A stretch of DNA of 64,000 nucleotides from contig CM082582.2 of assembly GCA_040954595.2 (NCBI GenBank), positions 12,148,415-12,212,414 on the forward strand, written 5' to 3'. The translations under genes and the position numbers were made by a program. Below the pieces are notes generated by a model, which was given only the letters and a program-made list of their open reading frames with translations, had not been told where the DNA came from and searched no databases. Of the stretch, positions 52,601-64,000 are shown piece by piece; position 1 is the first letter of the stretch; the number at the start of each line of letters is the position of its first letter. This DNA is from Balanoglossus misakiensis. Lineage: Eukaryota; Animalia; Hemichordata.

Positions 52601-55600
52601 TGCTGTTTGCAGTGATATATATATATATTTTTCACCTGTGTGTTGTTCCAGGCAAGTACCAGGTAAACGAACCCGCTCACGAGATGGGTCCAGTTCTGGA
52701 CGCTCCATCGCCAAACCTAAGAGAGCCGAATCCATAAGGTAGGACTGCACCCACCTTCCATATTCCCATCTCACAAACCACCAAAACCATCATCCTGATT
52801 CCTTGAATGTATACATCCAGTCAACCAAAACTCATCTGTATATCATTTCTTATCAGCAGTTGAGTATTTCTTTCGAAAACCTCCTTGCTCCTAGCATGGA
52901 AGGTGTATCATTGGGAAATAGACAAACTGTGGTTTTATATGGTGTACTAGCTGGCAATTATCTTGGTGTCTAAGTGAACTGGTGATGATTTACTACATGC
53001 CAGGGTGGTTTATAGTCAGCTGTGATGACAATAATCAATATCAAATGTAATTCTTCTTTCCACAAATCCTGCTGGTTATACTGTTATTTACTACTTATCC
53101 CCATATTCAAGGTTTTCACAAAGGTAAAGATGACTGACTTCTATAAAGAAGTGAATGATCATTGATTTGCTGTGCCATTCATTCTTCACTCAATCTCTCT
53201 TTCTCTCTTAAAACCAAGGTTTGTTTATTTCAGTGGATTTGGTGTGTGAATAACAACTGGAAATCCTGTCTCATCTCATAATTCCAGCTTCAAGATTCTC
53301 TCTTAATAATCATGGGTTCTAATTTTTCTCTTTCTCTCTCCTTATGATTGGTCTCTCTTCCTGTGTTGATTGGGGGAAAATTACAATGCATCTGACACTA
53401 ACTATAAGTTTTGTGTTGAGTGAACTGTCAACACTGCACGTGGAACTTCACAATACCCACTGCCAGATATAGCCTTTTTTCTCATTCTTTGTTTTTACGA
53501 TCCTCTGCAGGCAAGAGATGGGTGGCGGTAACCAGACGCGTCTTCAGCTAGGGCCATTCACCGTGTATCCTGCATTTGGACTTGTTATGCCCGGAGCACA
53601 GCAACAGATACAAGTAGACTGTGCTCCTGAAATGGTTGGCAAATCAGAAGAGGTAAGCAGGCCAGGGCATAATAAGAACTCATTTCATGATAGATACATG
53701 AACATAGATACAGCTACCATTGATAATTATCCAGATGACAATATCATGAAATTACATCATCCCAAAAGTGCAGCTGTGAGAGTCAAGGATAGTATACTAA
53801 ACGTCATGTTTTTACTCTCTCTAGGATGTGAGTATAGACATAACAGACCGCGATCCAACTGATCATCCGCAAGGCATTCCGTACAAACTCATTGCGGAAG
53901 CCTGTGTTCCAGGCATAGACATCACGGACATCGGATCCATCTTTGAAGAGCATCGCATCTGTAAGAACCTGAGTGTGTTCCTCAATAACCACACTCTGGA
54001 ATTAGACAGTGGTGGAGTCTATGGGGAGGATGAGAACAAGTTTGTCTTTGGCAATGTCATCGTGGGAAGGAAAGCAAAGGCTAGGTTCAAGATTGTCAAC
54101 AGCAACAAGGTAAAGTATGACAATTGCATGCAGCTAGACTTTTGGAGCATCTGGTATGAAGACAAAAATATACTACAAAAACCACTGAAAACCCCAGGAA
54201 GACTGCATAATGCATACAGATAGACACATACTCATCCAGTCAATTTACATTTGTTGATTCTTTTTCCAGGTTCCATGTGATGTTGTGTTTTCATGCAAAC
54301 CAGTGTCCTCCAAACCATCAGCCAAGCTTCAAGACATTTTTGAGCTGGAGCCAAACCGAGCATCCATACAAGCTCACAGCCACACCTACGTGACTGTCAA
54401 ATTCACACCACCATCAATGCAGGTAAGTAGTAACAAACTCATTAGCACAATTACATTCAGTCAATTCAAATCTGCAAATTGCAAGTAATGGTATTTTCAT
54501 GTGGCCACCCTGTGAAACTCTATGATTGGCTAGATCTCAACTTTCCTTGGTAATTAACTGTGGCTGTACATGTATTTGTATAGGTGACCATGTACCTTTA
54601 ACTGATATTGCACTCTTTGATCATTGATGTTATCAGACGTACACAGCCTACTTTGAGGCTGCTATTGATGGACTGTCTGGTGCACTGGCCAAACAGCGCA
54701 ACTTGGCATTTGAAGTTCAGGGTGAGGGTAATCTGCCTCGCATCTCCATCATCAAACCTGGCATCCGTAACAAGAAGGGAAATCCCCTCATGTTGTTCAA
54801 GAGAATCCTTGTCAGCCGCGTCCAAACCCTACCACTGTGTTTCAGAAACGAAGGCACTCTACCCACTAAAGTAAGTTTTGAAACCTTTCCTTCATGTCAG
54901 TGTGTATAAGGTTCATTTGAATTCAATTCTGAAGCAATTATACTATATTGATCACAAAGGAAATGTCACAGTACTATTGTTTAGCAGAGGAAACGTTAAC
55001 GTTTCAATGTATTTTACACCTCTTTCAGATTGACGTTGATTTAGACAGTCCTGATGGGGCATTCACTCTAAAGAATGATGCAGAGACTAGACTCATCTAT
55101 CCTATTGTGTCAGAGTCTTCATTCGCTAGTCTGGATGGTAAGTCAAAAGGAAGGAAAGGTTAGCTGAATGAATGAATGAATGAATGAATGAATGAATGAA
55201 TGAATGAATGAATGAATGAATGAAATATACTCTTTGCAAGTTTCTAGTTTGTTAATGGATGGGTTGCCTGTACAATTTGCCACTTTGTCTTCAAGTCACA
55301 AACTACAGCAGTAACCTGACTCACATACTATTTCTTTGTAATTGAACAGAGGAAAGCTCAGCAGCAAGGAGACCACACACAGCCTCCTTGATTGTAGATG
55401 TGGGCGGAGAGGCCCACTTTGATGTCAGCTTCAAAGCCATTGATGCCATTCGCAGTCAGGGCACCATCAAGATACATGTACATGACAACCAGTATGAAGA
55501 GTCTCTGATCCAGTTAGTGGGAGAGGGTTACCAAGACGATATCACTCTAGATAATATCCATGGTTACATCAATGAAAATGAAAGCGTGGAAACGCTGCTA

Positions 55601-58600
55601 GATCAGGATGATGTCACTGGTAAGATTGATTACCTCGGAGTCCGTCATTCTAGTTTCAATATTTCACAATATTCCTGTGTTACATGAGTATATCCTCCCG
55701 TATAAACTTCCTAGCCACACATGGTCTATATTTAACATCTCAAAACTTTTCTATCTCCACACAGCTGCTCCCTCCAACTTGATCAGTTTTGGCGACTGTC
55801 ACATCGGAGAACCTCGCACTCTCTCCTTCACCATGACCAACCACAGCAAAGAAGACATCATTCGATTCCAATGGCCCGAACACAATGAGTTGAAATTCTC
55901 ACCGACTGTTGGACATCTGCATCCAAACACAGCAAAGGACATGACAATTACTTTCAAGACGGACGAACCAAAAGCCTTGGAAGAATCCAAGATTGAATGC
56001 AAAGTTACAAAGATTACATTTGACCTGCCTGCAAGTCAGGTAAGGGTTTTGTCTTTTTTCGACAGTATGCAAGTTTTCATCATGATATAATTATAGTTTC
56101 ACATCACATAAACGGTTTCAATGAGTTCTTGAGAAGCCAGAAATGTGAAAGTTTAAATTGTAATTTTATCACTTTATTTATTCAGATTACTGATTGGGAT
56201 GACCGTATGAGAGTGGTCAAGTGGATTGATGTACCCCTGCAGCCGGCAAGACCAGCAACATCGGCCGAAGGTGGACCGAGACCCAAATCCAACATGGATG
56301 TCAAGAGAGAGGAGAAAGAGACCAGCAGAAAGGGAGATCACAAGAAACAAGCAGAGTTGGAGAAAGAAAAAGAGAAGGAACGAGAGAGAGAACGTCTGGA
56401 GGAAGAGATGAGACGTAGAGCTGCAGAGCCCGTACAGACACCCAGACCGGCCAAGAAGAAGGTTGTAGAGACAGAGCCAGAACCGGTGTTCCAGGCTGTG
56501 GAAGATTCAAGCCGTGATATCGAACTCATCGTCAGTGCGAATGCTGACTATTCCAAATACAAGTGCAAGACAGACACCATACATTTCAAGGATACGCTCA
56601 TGTTCCAAACCAGAGTTTACCAGTGAGTATACTGCCTCTTTATTTCTTCGAACTACCTGTGTTGAGTGTTCCCCAAGCTCACGAACCTCTCACTGAAATT
56701 GCTGACATGGGTGTAACTTTTATCTTTCACTCTATCAGATTTCAACTTACAAACAAAGGCACTGTACAGCTTGACTACAACTGGCAAGTGATCTTGGAAG
56801 ACAGTCGAAAATCTGTCAGCTTTGCAGATGAAGACAACTTGCGCCTGACAAGCCCACGTAGTGTGAGCGTTCTGTCAGAAGTTCCTGATGTCATACCCTT
56901 TGGCATTGAGCCTGATGTGGGCAGTGTTGGTGTTGGCAAGAAACAAAGTTTTACAGTCAAGTACTCGCCGTTGGATGTTAGTGAGTGTGAAGGCAGGCTG
57001 ATCTGCAGGTAAGAGCATCAAAGCATTTATCAAGTCATTTCTATTGTTCTGATATTCCTGTAATACAGTGGCTCTTTTCCATAAAAAAATCTCAACATTT
57101 AAGATTCACATTCCCTTTTTCTGATAATGATAGCTAACTTTATGACAATCATGGCTGCATTTTTTACTTTACTTGCATGTATATTTTGACACCATTGACT
57201 GATTTTTTTCTTCAGAATTTCCAACTTAGAGGAAGGCAAGCAGGGTCCAACCGTCCTGGTACGTGGTCGCAGTCTGATGCCATATTGCCACTTTGAGCTC
57301 GAAGACTCTGATTACATCACAGGTGCGCGACGCAATCCGGAACTGCGCGGACCAAAAGGGGCGCCACCTGGTTCAACTCTTGATCCCAATACTCGAGTGA
57401 TAGAGTTTAGTTCAGTAGGTGTGCGTGTCAAGAATTCCAGGTAAGTTTTCATATCACGTGCTTGTGAAAAATTACAGTTTGTCACAAAACTATCATTCCC
57501 GTTCCGTGGAAACTTCACCAGTGAAATCTCACATACATATCTGTATTATTGGCATACAGACAATTCTTCATACTGAACCCGACACAATCAGACTATTCGT
57601 ACATCTGGACTTGTGAAGATGATGAAGATGCCAAGAGACCGATAGTATTCAATTGTATAGCTCCAAGTGGACAGGTGTCTGCTGGCAAGAAAAATCTGGT
57701 AAGTAATGAATTTCATGAGGTTACCATGCTGCAGTAATCTCTTTGGTGTTTCTGAAAAAATGAAAATCTGTATCACATTGTGCAGTCTGACTGCATTGTT
57801 GCTGACTGCTGTTCTTGATTTCCTTCTCGGGTCAGATGTATTCAATGCAATTATTTTTGTTCTGTAGGTTGGATTTGATTTCATCCCCAATGAACTTGGC
57901 ATTGTTGAGTCTTTCTGGAGATTCACCATTCCAGAACAGAATATCTCAGTACCCTTTCTGCTTGTTGGAAATACAAGAGAACCTGCTATATCCACTGACA
58001 GATCGCATGTCAATTACAAGTCTCTTCTCCTGGGTAAGTTCTAATCCACAAACTATTTGTTGGCCACTCTAGGAAAATGGTCATGATTTTAGAAGAATTT
58101 ACTGTGTTAATTGATAAAAAAATATTCAACATCTACAATGTCTGCATCTTCATGTTTTTGATCTGACAGGTCACACAGCCAAAGAGGAGGTGAATTTGAT
58201 CAACAATGAGTCTATTCCATTTGAGTTTGAAGTCTTGGAGTCGTCTTGTCACTCGGAGGCATTTGCGGCACATCTTGATGTTATGCCTCTCAGAGGAGTT
58301 GTTCCACCCAATTCCAGGTAAGACTGAATCTACTGTTGTCTTCTCAGTCAGTTATTAATCATGTTGTCCAAAATTTTCAAGGATAAAACAATATCGTTTC
58401 TGACTGTTTGATATTTATTGTTTTCAGACTACCTTTGGAAGTGCACTTTTCTCCCAGTGAGGAGAAAGAAGTGAATTTTAATCTTCAGATCAACGTTCAG
58501 AAGAAGACTTTGCCAATTCATGTCAATGTCAAGGCCGAAGGTTATTCCATGAATGCTACTTTGTTGTGTGAAGATTCTTCTGGCAGGAAGATAGAGCTCA

Positions 58601-61600
58601 CTTCCAGAGGACTGAATGAAATCAACTTTGGAGAGGTGCGTTTATCTTAACAAATCTCCCAAGTAGAAATTACCTGTGTTAGAGTTTTGCTTTTTCAGTG
58701 AAATTATGAAAAAGACATAATAACTTAAAACTTAATAAGTGTCATATCTTTTCTCCTTCAGGTTGAAATGAATGAGAAATCATCCCGCCAGTTGTGGATT
58801 GTCAATTCTGGCAAATTCAACTTCGATTATGAATGGAATTTGAATGAAAGATCTGGCAGACGAGACAGAATGGTCAACATCACACCAGAATCTGGTGGTG
58901 TACCGTTCAATGATAGAAAGAGGTGTACACTGACCTTCAAACCACCTGGCAAAGCTACGCTTAGAGGGTGTGAACTTATTCTCAAGGTAGGTTTAGTTGA
59001 ATTCACTGCTGTACAACTTTACATAGTTCCCTGTGCTTGAACGGCGAACATTGAAACAGTGAATTTTGGATATGCATGTATTTTGCATTCTCTGTCGAGA
59101 ACCATAACACACTATAATAGGAACTCAGTCCTGAGGGAAAAATTATAAAGTCAGCAGCTAATTTTCATTTTTCCCCGTTCCAGATAACTAACGGACCAAC
59201 ATACAATATTACTGTTGTTGGGAATGGTGTGGCACCAGGGGTCAATTTCTCGTTCACCAAACACGACTTTGGTCCATGTTTCATCCACCGTGCCGGTATG
59301 CCAGTGCACTCTACTGTACTCAAAGTAACGAACAAAGACAGTAAAGAAATCAGGTGAGATACACAATTGTTATTGTGCCTATCAGTTTATATGTGATAGT
59401 TTAGTCCTGTTGTTCAAGTATAGGTTGAACATATGGATCAGAAATGTCTGTCCATGATTGTGTACGGTATATACCTGAATAACTTTAATTTTTTCATTTC
59501 TTGTAGTTTGGACCACAATTTTGTGAGCACTGCTCATATAGAAGTCCATTTTGAAGCAACAGTGTTAGAACCAGGCAAGAGTGCGGACATTCCAATCACC
59601 TTCTTCCCTCGCGATTGCAAGAAATACCATGAAACTGTAACGTTTGAGATCAACGGACTCTCGAAGACGAATGTAGAGATCTTCGGCGAGGGAACAGACA
59701 TGAGAGTGGAGGTCGCCAATCCGAGAGATCGAACCGTCAACTTTGGAGCGATGCGGGTCGGTCAGACGGTCAAACGCATCGTGCCACTGATCAACAACAG
59801 TCCCTGTCCCATCACCTTCAACATCGTGATCACTCCGTCCAGTTCCGAGTTGCAGCAACTACCCAGTGTGTTGACACTTTCCAATACCAACAACATCACT
59901 TTGAAACCAAGAGGTGGTACGCACAATCTGGAGATCATGTTCAGTCCCAAATGTCGCATACCCAAATTTACAGAGGAGGTAAGTGGGCTGTTTGTGGTGT
60001 CAGACACACGTACCATAGTGTTTTCTTTCAGAAGATAGAGTTTACCCTTTCTTTTCATCTTCAGCTTGGATAGTGCGCAGTGTACCAGTAGCAGTAACTT
60101 TGACTGAACACACCATTTTTTGTCACATTATTTCAGGTTATCTTGGAGTGTGAAGGGCTTTCCCAGCCAGTTTTTGTAGTGACTGGGTCCTGCCAAGGCA
60201 TTGAGATCGGCTTGGATCAAGATTCGATTCCATTTGGTGCTGTGGTATTGAAGAGTGCGAGTACAAGACGTCTCTTGATGCACAACACTGGTGACATAGG
60301 AGCTGCGTGAGTACCCATCGATCATCATTACACAGACGCATCTATTTCTCTGCCATGTGTTCACCAGTGTTCATAAGCACAAACTTTGTATCAACACACC
60401 CTTGATGTCCTTGAGTAATATCTTGAGTGAATGACATTTCTACCATTCCCGTTCTCAGGTTCAAATGGAATGCAGAGAAGTTCGGACCTGATTTCTCCAT
60501 CTCTCCAACCAAAGGATACATCTCAGCTGGCATGACAGTCTCGTTTGAAGTTGCTTTCCATCCGACAGAGATCAATCAGGATATCAGATATGATGTGAGT
60601 CTTGATATCATCTCACAGCATTTGTTTGCTGGAGTCGTTCATTGAAAGGAAGTTTATTATTTAAATAGTGCTGATATACGCACAGAGTGCAATAGATAGA
60701 TGATCACTGTCAAATCACGAAATCGGTTTTGATCTATTATGCTATAGAGTGTGGCTGAAAGCTAGCAGACAGGCCAGATATTAAAAATCCCATCTTTTGT
60801 TTTATCTCTTGAAGAACCTACGCTGTACAATTGAAGGTGGCAAGCCTTTGAAACTTGTCTTGACCGGGATGTGCGTTGCCTGTCAGCTGCAGAAAGAAGT
60901 GCTTCATTTCAGCGCTCATGTCCGGATGAAGGACACCAAGAGCCTGACGGTGGTCAACCGCACAAACCAATTGTGGAATCTGAGACCAGTGATTGATGGA
61001 GAGTATTGGACAGGTCCTGATGCTATCACCATTGAGCCACAGCAGAGTAAAGGCTACGAGATTACATACAGACCATTGGTTATGTCCAAGGAGGGAAAGA
61101 AACACACAGTACGTATCCAAAAATTTGATATGTTATTTAAATTATGGTTTCAATTGATCACATTATCAAAACCCAGCCACAAACCCATACTTGCATTTAA
61201 ATAAAAGATGGGTGAAATTGAAAAGAGTGAGCAACAAGCAACCATAAGTTGCAAGGTCTGGCTGGGACCATAAGTAGTAGCACATTGATAAATATGACTC
61301 AATTTCTCTGAATTCAGGGAACGATATTCTTTGCCCTGCCTGATGGCTCTGGTCTGCTGTACAACCTGACTGGTGTAGCAGAAGCCCCTAAGGCTGCTGG
61401 AAGCATCACCCGTGAAGTGCCATGCAAGACCCAGTATACAGAGTTATTGTCTGTTTCCAACTGGCTGAGGAAGCCCCAGAGATTCCGAGTGGAGGTGGAA
61501 TACATCAAACCCGACAAGCTGGATCCTGCCACCATGATGAAGGGTCTGGATTACATTGATGTGCCTGGAGTGGCCAAGAGAGATTATAAATTAAACTTCC

Positions 61601-63113
61601 ATGCTCATAAAGAAGGAACTTATTCTGCCAAGGTGAGACAAGAATTGAATTTAAGTTGAGAGTAATGCAACCAGGATTTGACAGATCATATATCCACTTT
61701 TGATGATGTTATTATTGTTTACAACATCTCTTGTAGGCTTCTTGATAAGAATGTCACTCATGAAGTTGTTTGTTGACTTGTACAGGTCCAATTCATCAAC
61801 AAAGACACAGAAGAGTTCCAGTTCTACTTCATCACTTTCAAAGCAACACCTCCTGGTGTGATCGGCTCCATTGAGATGGTGACCCCCGTGCGTCTGAGTA
61901 CTTCTTACAGTCTGCCTGTGGAGAACCCACTGCCTTATCAAGTCACATTCCAGACCAGCTGTCCTGTTGCAGAGGTCATGTTGCCTGGCCAGTTTGTGGT
62001 GCCGGCCCAGTCCGAGGTGAGATTGCTAGGATAAGGCTTTCTAATTCTGTGGGGAATAGTTTACACTTTTCAATCCTTTACCATGCCCCCAATTTGGTTT
62101 AGGCCAACATTTTTTATCATATGTACATTTGCATATAGTGGATACACATGTCACTGTATTAAACTTGTACTCATAACTTTCTCTTTCAGAGCTCCTTGAA
62201 CTTTGAGTTCTTACCCCTGAAGACCTCTGTCACCAACGCTAAGCTGCAACTGACCAGCAATGAACTTGGCCTCTACCAGTATGACCTGACCTTGACTGCA
62301 ACCCCAGCTGGGCCAGAGAAAGCCGTGCATTTCAGGTGTGCACTGGGTGCCACTCAGACACTCGGTGCTAAATTACTCAACTTTGCTAAAGTCAAGACTG
62401 AGTATACTTGTAAGGTAAGCTTTGCACATCCTGGTTCTGTTGGCTATCTGTCCAATTTGTTTTATATCCGGAAGTTGGATCCTGCAGACATTTGTAATAC
62501 AGATGTGAATTGGATGTACAAATATCAGACTCTCTGATCTGAAGACAAGATGATTAAACTTGTGATGTATTCTTTCACAAAGTAAAGAAAACAGACAATT
62601 TCACGTATTTTTGGTTTGTATGTTTTGTAGATTGATAGCAGTGAATTCCACTGTGACAAGACCGTCCCTGTGGTACCTGCTTCAAGTGGTGGAACAGAAT
62701 TCAACGTGGACGTGACCTTTGAACCCTCTAAACTCGGCGAGACCAGAGCCAATCTGACAGTGAGCTCCGGACCAGGTGGTGACTACATCGTACCACTGTT
62801 TGGCACCTGTATTGCCCCCAAGCCGCAAGGACCATACACCATCAAGGCAGGGTCATCGACCTCTGTTCCCTTCCGCAATGTGTTCTCTCACACCACGCAG
62901 TTCACCTTCCAAGTGGACAACCCGTCGTTCTCCTGCAAGCCAGGCGAAAATATCCGAGGAAAGAAGACGCATAATATCATAGTAGGGTTTGAAGGCAACT
63001 CGGATGGTTCCAAAGCTCCTAAAATGGGCAAATTGGTGGTCACGTGTGCACGCTCTGCTGGTGGAGCCAGTAATGTGGCATGGACATTCTATCTGAAAGG
63101 AATCACTCCATAA
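28609..63113 (+). CDS. HYDIN: HYDIN, axonemal central pair apparatus protein (hydrocephalus-inducing protein homolog), full length
   Basis: About 76 constitutive coding exons from ATG 28609 (MPTGLEKK...) to TAA 63111-63113. Hallmark segments: 'IIELLDMGETTHQKF', 'FQPFPSDITFQQYEPCEVYEVPLILRNNDK', 'DYTHELICMTEREKF', P-loop-like 'IVVHGAPLSGKTTTA', 'LDGLGLGPSGPPIPPP', 'DWDDRM..VKW' and C-terminal 'WTFYLKG'. Many ASH/PapD-like beta domains and charged linkers. Confidence 0.97.
37747..37761 (+). CDS. HYDIN: Candidate HYDIN microexon, 15 nt (LPYLK)
   Basis: cttcag|TTGCCATATCTGAAG|gtaagt; phase 0-0 matches the flanking exons; consensus donor. Confidence 0.7.
40184..40204 (+). CDS. HYDIN: Candidate HYDIN microexon, 21 nt (AEETSKK)
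   Basis: ctaatgctaacttaaaag|GCAGAGGAAACTTCCAAGAAG|gtacaa; phase 0-0. Confidence 0.6.
43614..43676 (+). CDS. HYDIN: Candidate HYDIN cassette exon, 63 nt (VISPQEEPRQAVSRHSKSRLQ)
   Basis: tatgcattcaaag|...TTGCAAG|gtggct; phase 1-1, no stop codon; weak donor. Confidence 0.5.
43864..43983. other. 120-nt imperfect inverted repeat (hairpin) in a HYDIN intron
   Basis: Pairing arms: ttgaatga/tcattcaa, tgctga/tcagca, tcacg/cgtga, and a 21-bp inner stem cagtctcattcccattccact / agtagaacgggaatgggactg around a 16-nt loop. Confidence 0.8.
46943..46990 (+). CDS. HYDIN: Candidate HYDIN cassette exon, 48 nt (N-PGKVSILSLVAIKQV-W)
   Basis: tttacatgccttag|...CAAGTCTG|gtaaga; phase 2-2, no stop codon. Confidence 0.55.
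52033..52080 (+). CDS. HYDIN: Candidate HYDIN cassette exon, 48 nt (GSKASTRASLQVPNLR)
   Basis: gcaatgctttctag|GGGTTCC...TTTGAG|gtacag; phase 2-2, no stop codon; TGC-rich upstream tract. Confidence 0.6.
53112..53123 (+). CDS. HYDIN: Candidate HYDIN microexon, 12 nt (adds FSQR)
   Basis: cttatccccatattcaag|GTTTTCACAAAG|gtaaag; phase 2-2. Confidence 0.5.
55166..55223. repeat. (TGAA)n tetranucleotide microsatellite in a HYDIN intron
   Basis: Directly visible. Confidence 0.95.
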
Positions 63114-64000
63114 GAGTTTCCACCATAACACCTCATTCTAATAACACATCAAGATATGCTTCATTCAACACTAATATAACTCAGACCCATACATGTATAT
63201 ATCCCTTTTCCGCTTGTACCTTGATTAGATATATGCATTTCAGATTGTGTTGAATGGTGCCCCTGCAAGATGCATTTCTGCTGTAAATTGCTTGTTCATT
63301 GCAAGATGTGTTGTATTACAAGTACAGTACCATTGAATCTTGTGGCTTTTCACTGTTGTGTTTCCTGTCCAATTCTCAGCTGTTATGCACTGTGTATCTA
63401 GCACTAATATCAAACACAGTGAAATATTGAGCCACAAAATTTGATTGTATTGTGCTTGTAAAATAACAAATTTGATTTGTTTTAATGCATGGATTGTACT
63501 AATGGCAGTGCCTGTAATAATTAAATAGCATGTTTACATTATTGCTTTTCTATGCTTTATAACAGTGTGTCAAGATAATGCCCCCCTCCCCTCCCCCATT
63601 TCCCCCCAGAGTATTTTTTCTCCCATCCCTCCTTTACTCATACCCTCCACGCTGCCGTCCATTTATTTAACGTTTGCTGTGTACTTAAAGTGAACCATCT
63701 TCATCATAGCATGTGTTACTTCAGCTATCCCCCGATAATTGGCATCACTTTTTTTGCAAATGATTCCAGTGCATGAATCCTGTTCAGTCTCTGTGGATGA
63801 CCATGTTTCATTAGCAGGTGGTGCGCGCACGACTCCAAAACCATGACGCGGAGTTTAAAATAAAATGGATGAACCACTGTACGAGTTGAATCCAAACTCT
63901 AGTATGGCGTGTGTGCCTTCTGCCATGAGTCAAATACAGCGCCCCCCCCCCCCCCCTTGAAAAATAGAAAAACTTATGGCAAAACCTTTCAACTGTATCT

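Overview
Eukaryotic (animal) genomic DNA, AT-rich, with compact spliceosomal introns. Gene content suggests a marine invertebrate, possibly a hemichordate, echinoderm or cephalochordate-type deuterostome; this is inference only. Five intron-containing genes were reconstructed by hand: (1) a 5'-incomplete astacin zinc metalloprotease with 3 CUB domains and 5 hevein-like Cys-rich modules (+, 228-5875); (2) a TRAF7-like RING/zinc-finger/coiled-coil/WD40 protein (-, 10028-19729, 598 aa); (3) a secreted pancreatic-lipase-family enzyme without a PLAT domain (-, 20237-21928, 304 aa); (4) PRELID3/SLMO (-, 24526-26940, 202 aa); (5) a complete HYDIN (+, 28609-63113, about 76 constitutive coding exons), head-to-head with PRELID3 and with an RFX X-box in its promoter. 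The strongest unexplained signal is in HYDIN. Its coding-region introns are under about 300 nt except six (0.77-1.67 kb), and each of those six contains a short, frame-preserving, stop-free candidate cassette exon (12-63 nt). Five of the six introns carry several TGCATG motifs, three of the exons have a TGC close to the acceptor plus one more in a TGC-rich tract, and one intron holds a 120-nt hairpin. Together these suggest a coordinated microexon programme acting on HYDIN linkers. Other oddities: the astacin domain architecture with a possible poly-Asp terminal exon, a decayed exon-like relic in a lipase intron, a GC-AG intron and a probable transposon footprint. No tRNA, rRNA, CRISPR array or autonomous transposon was recognised.
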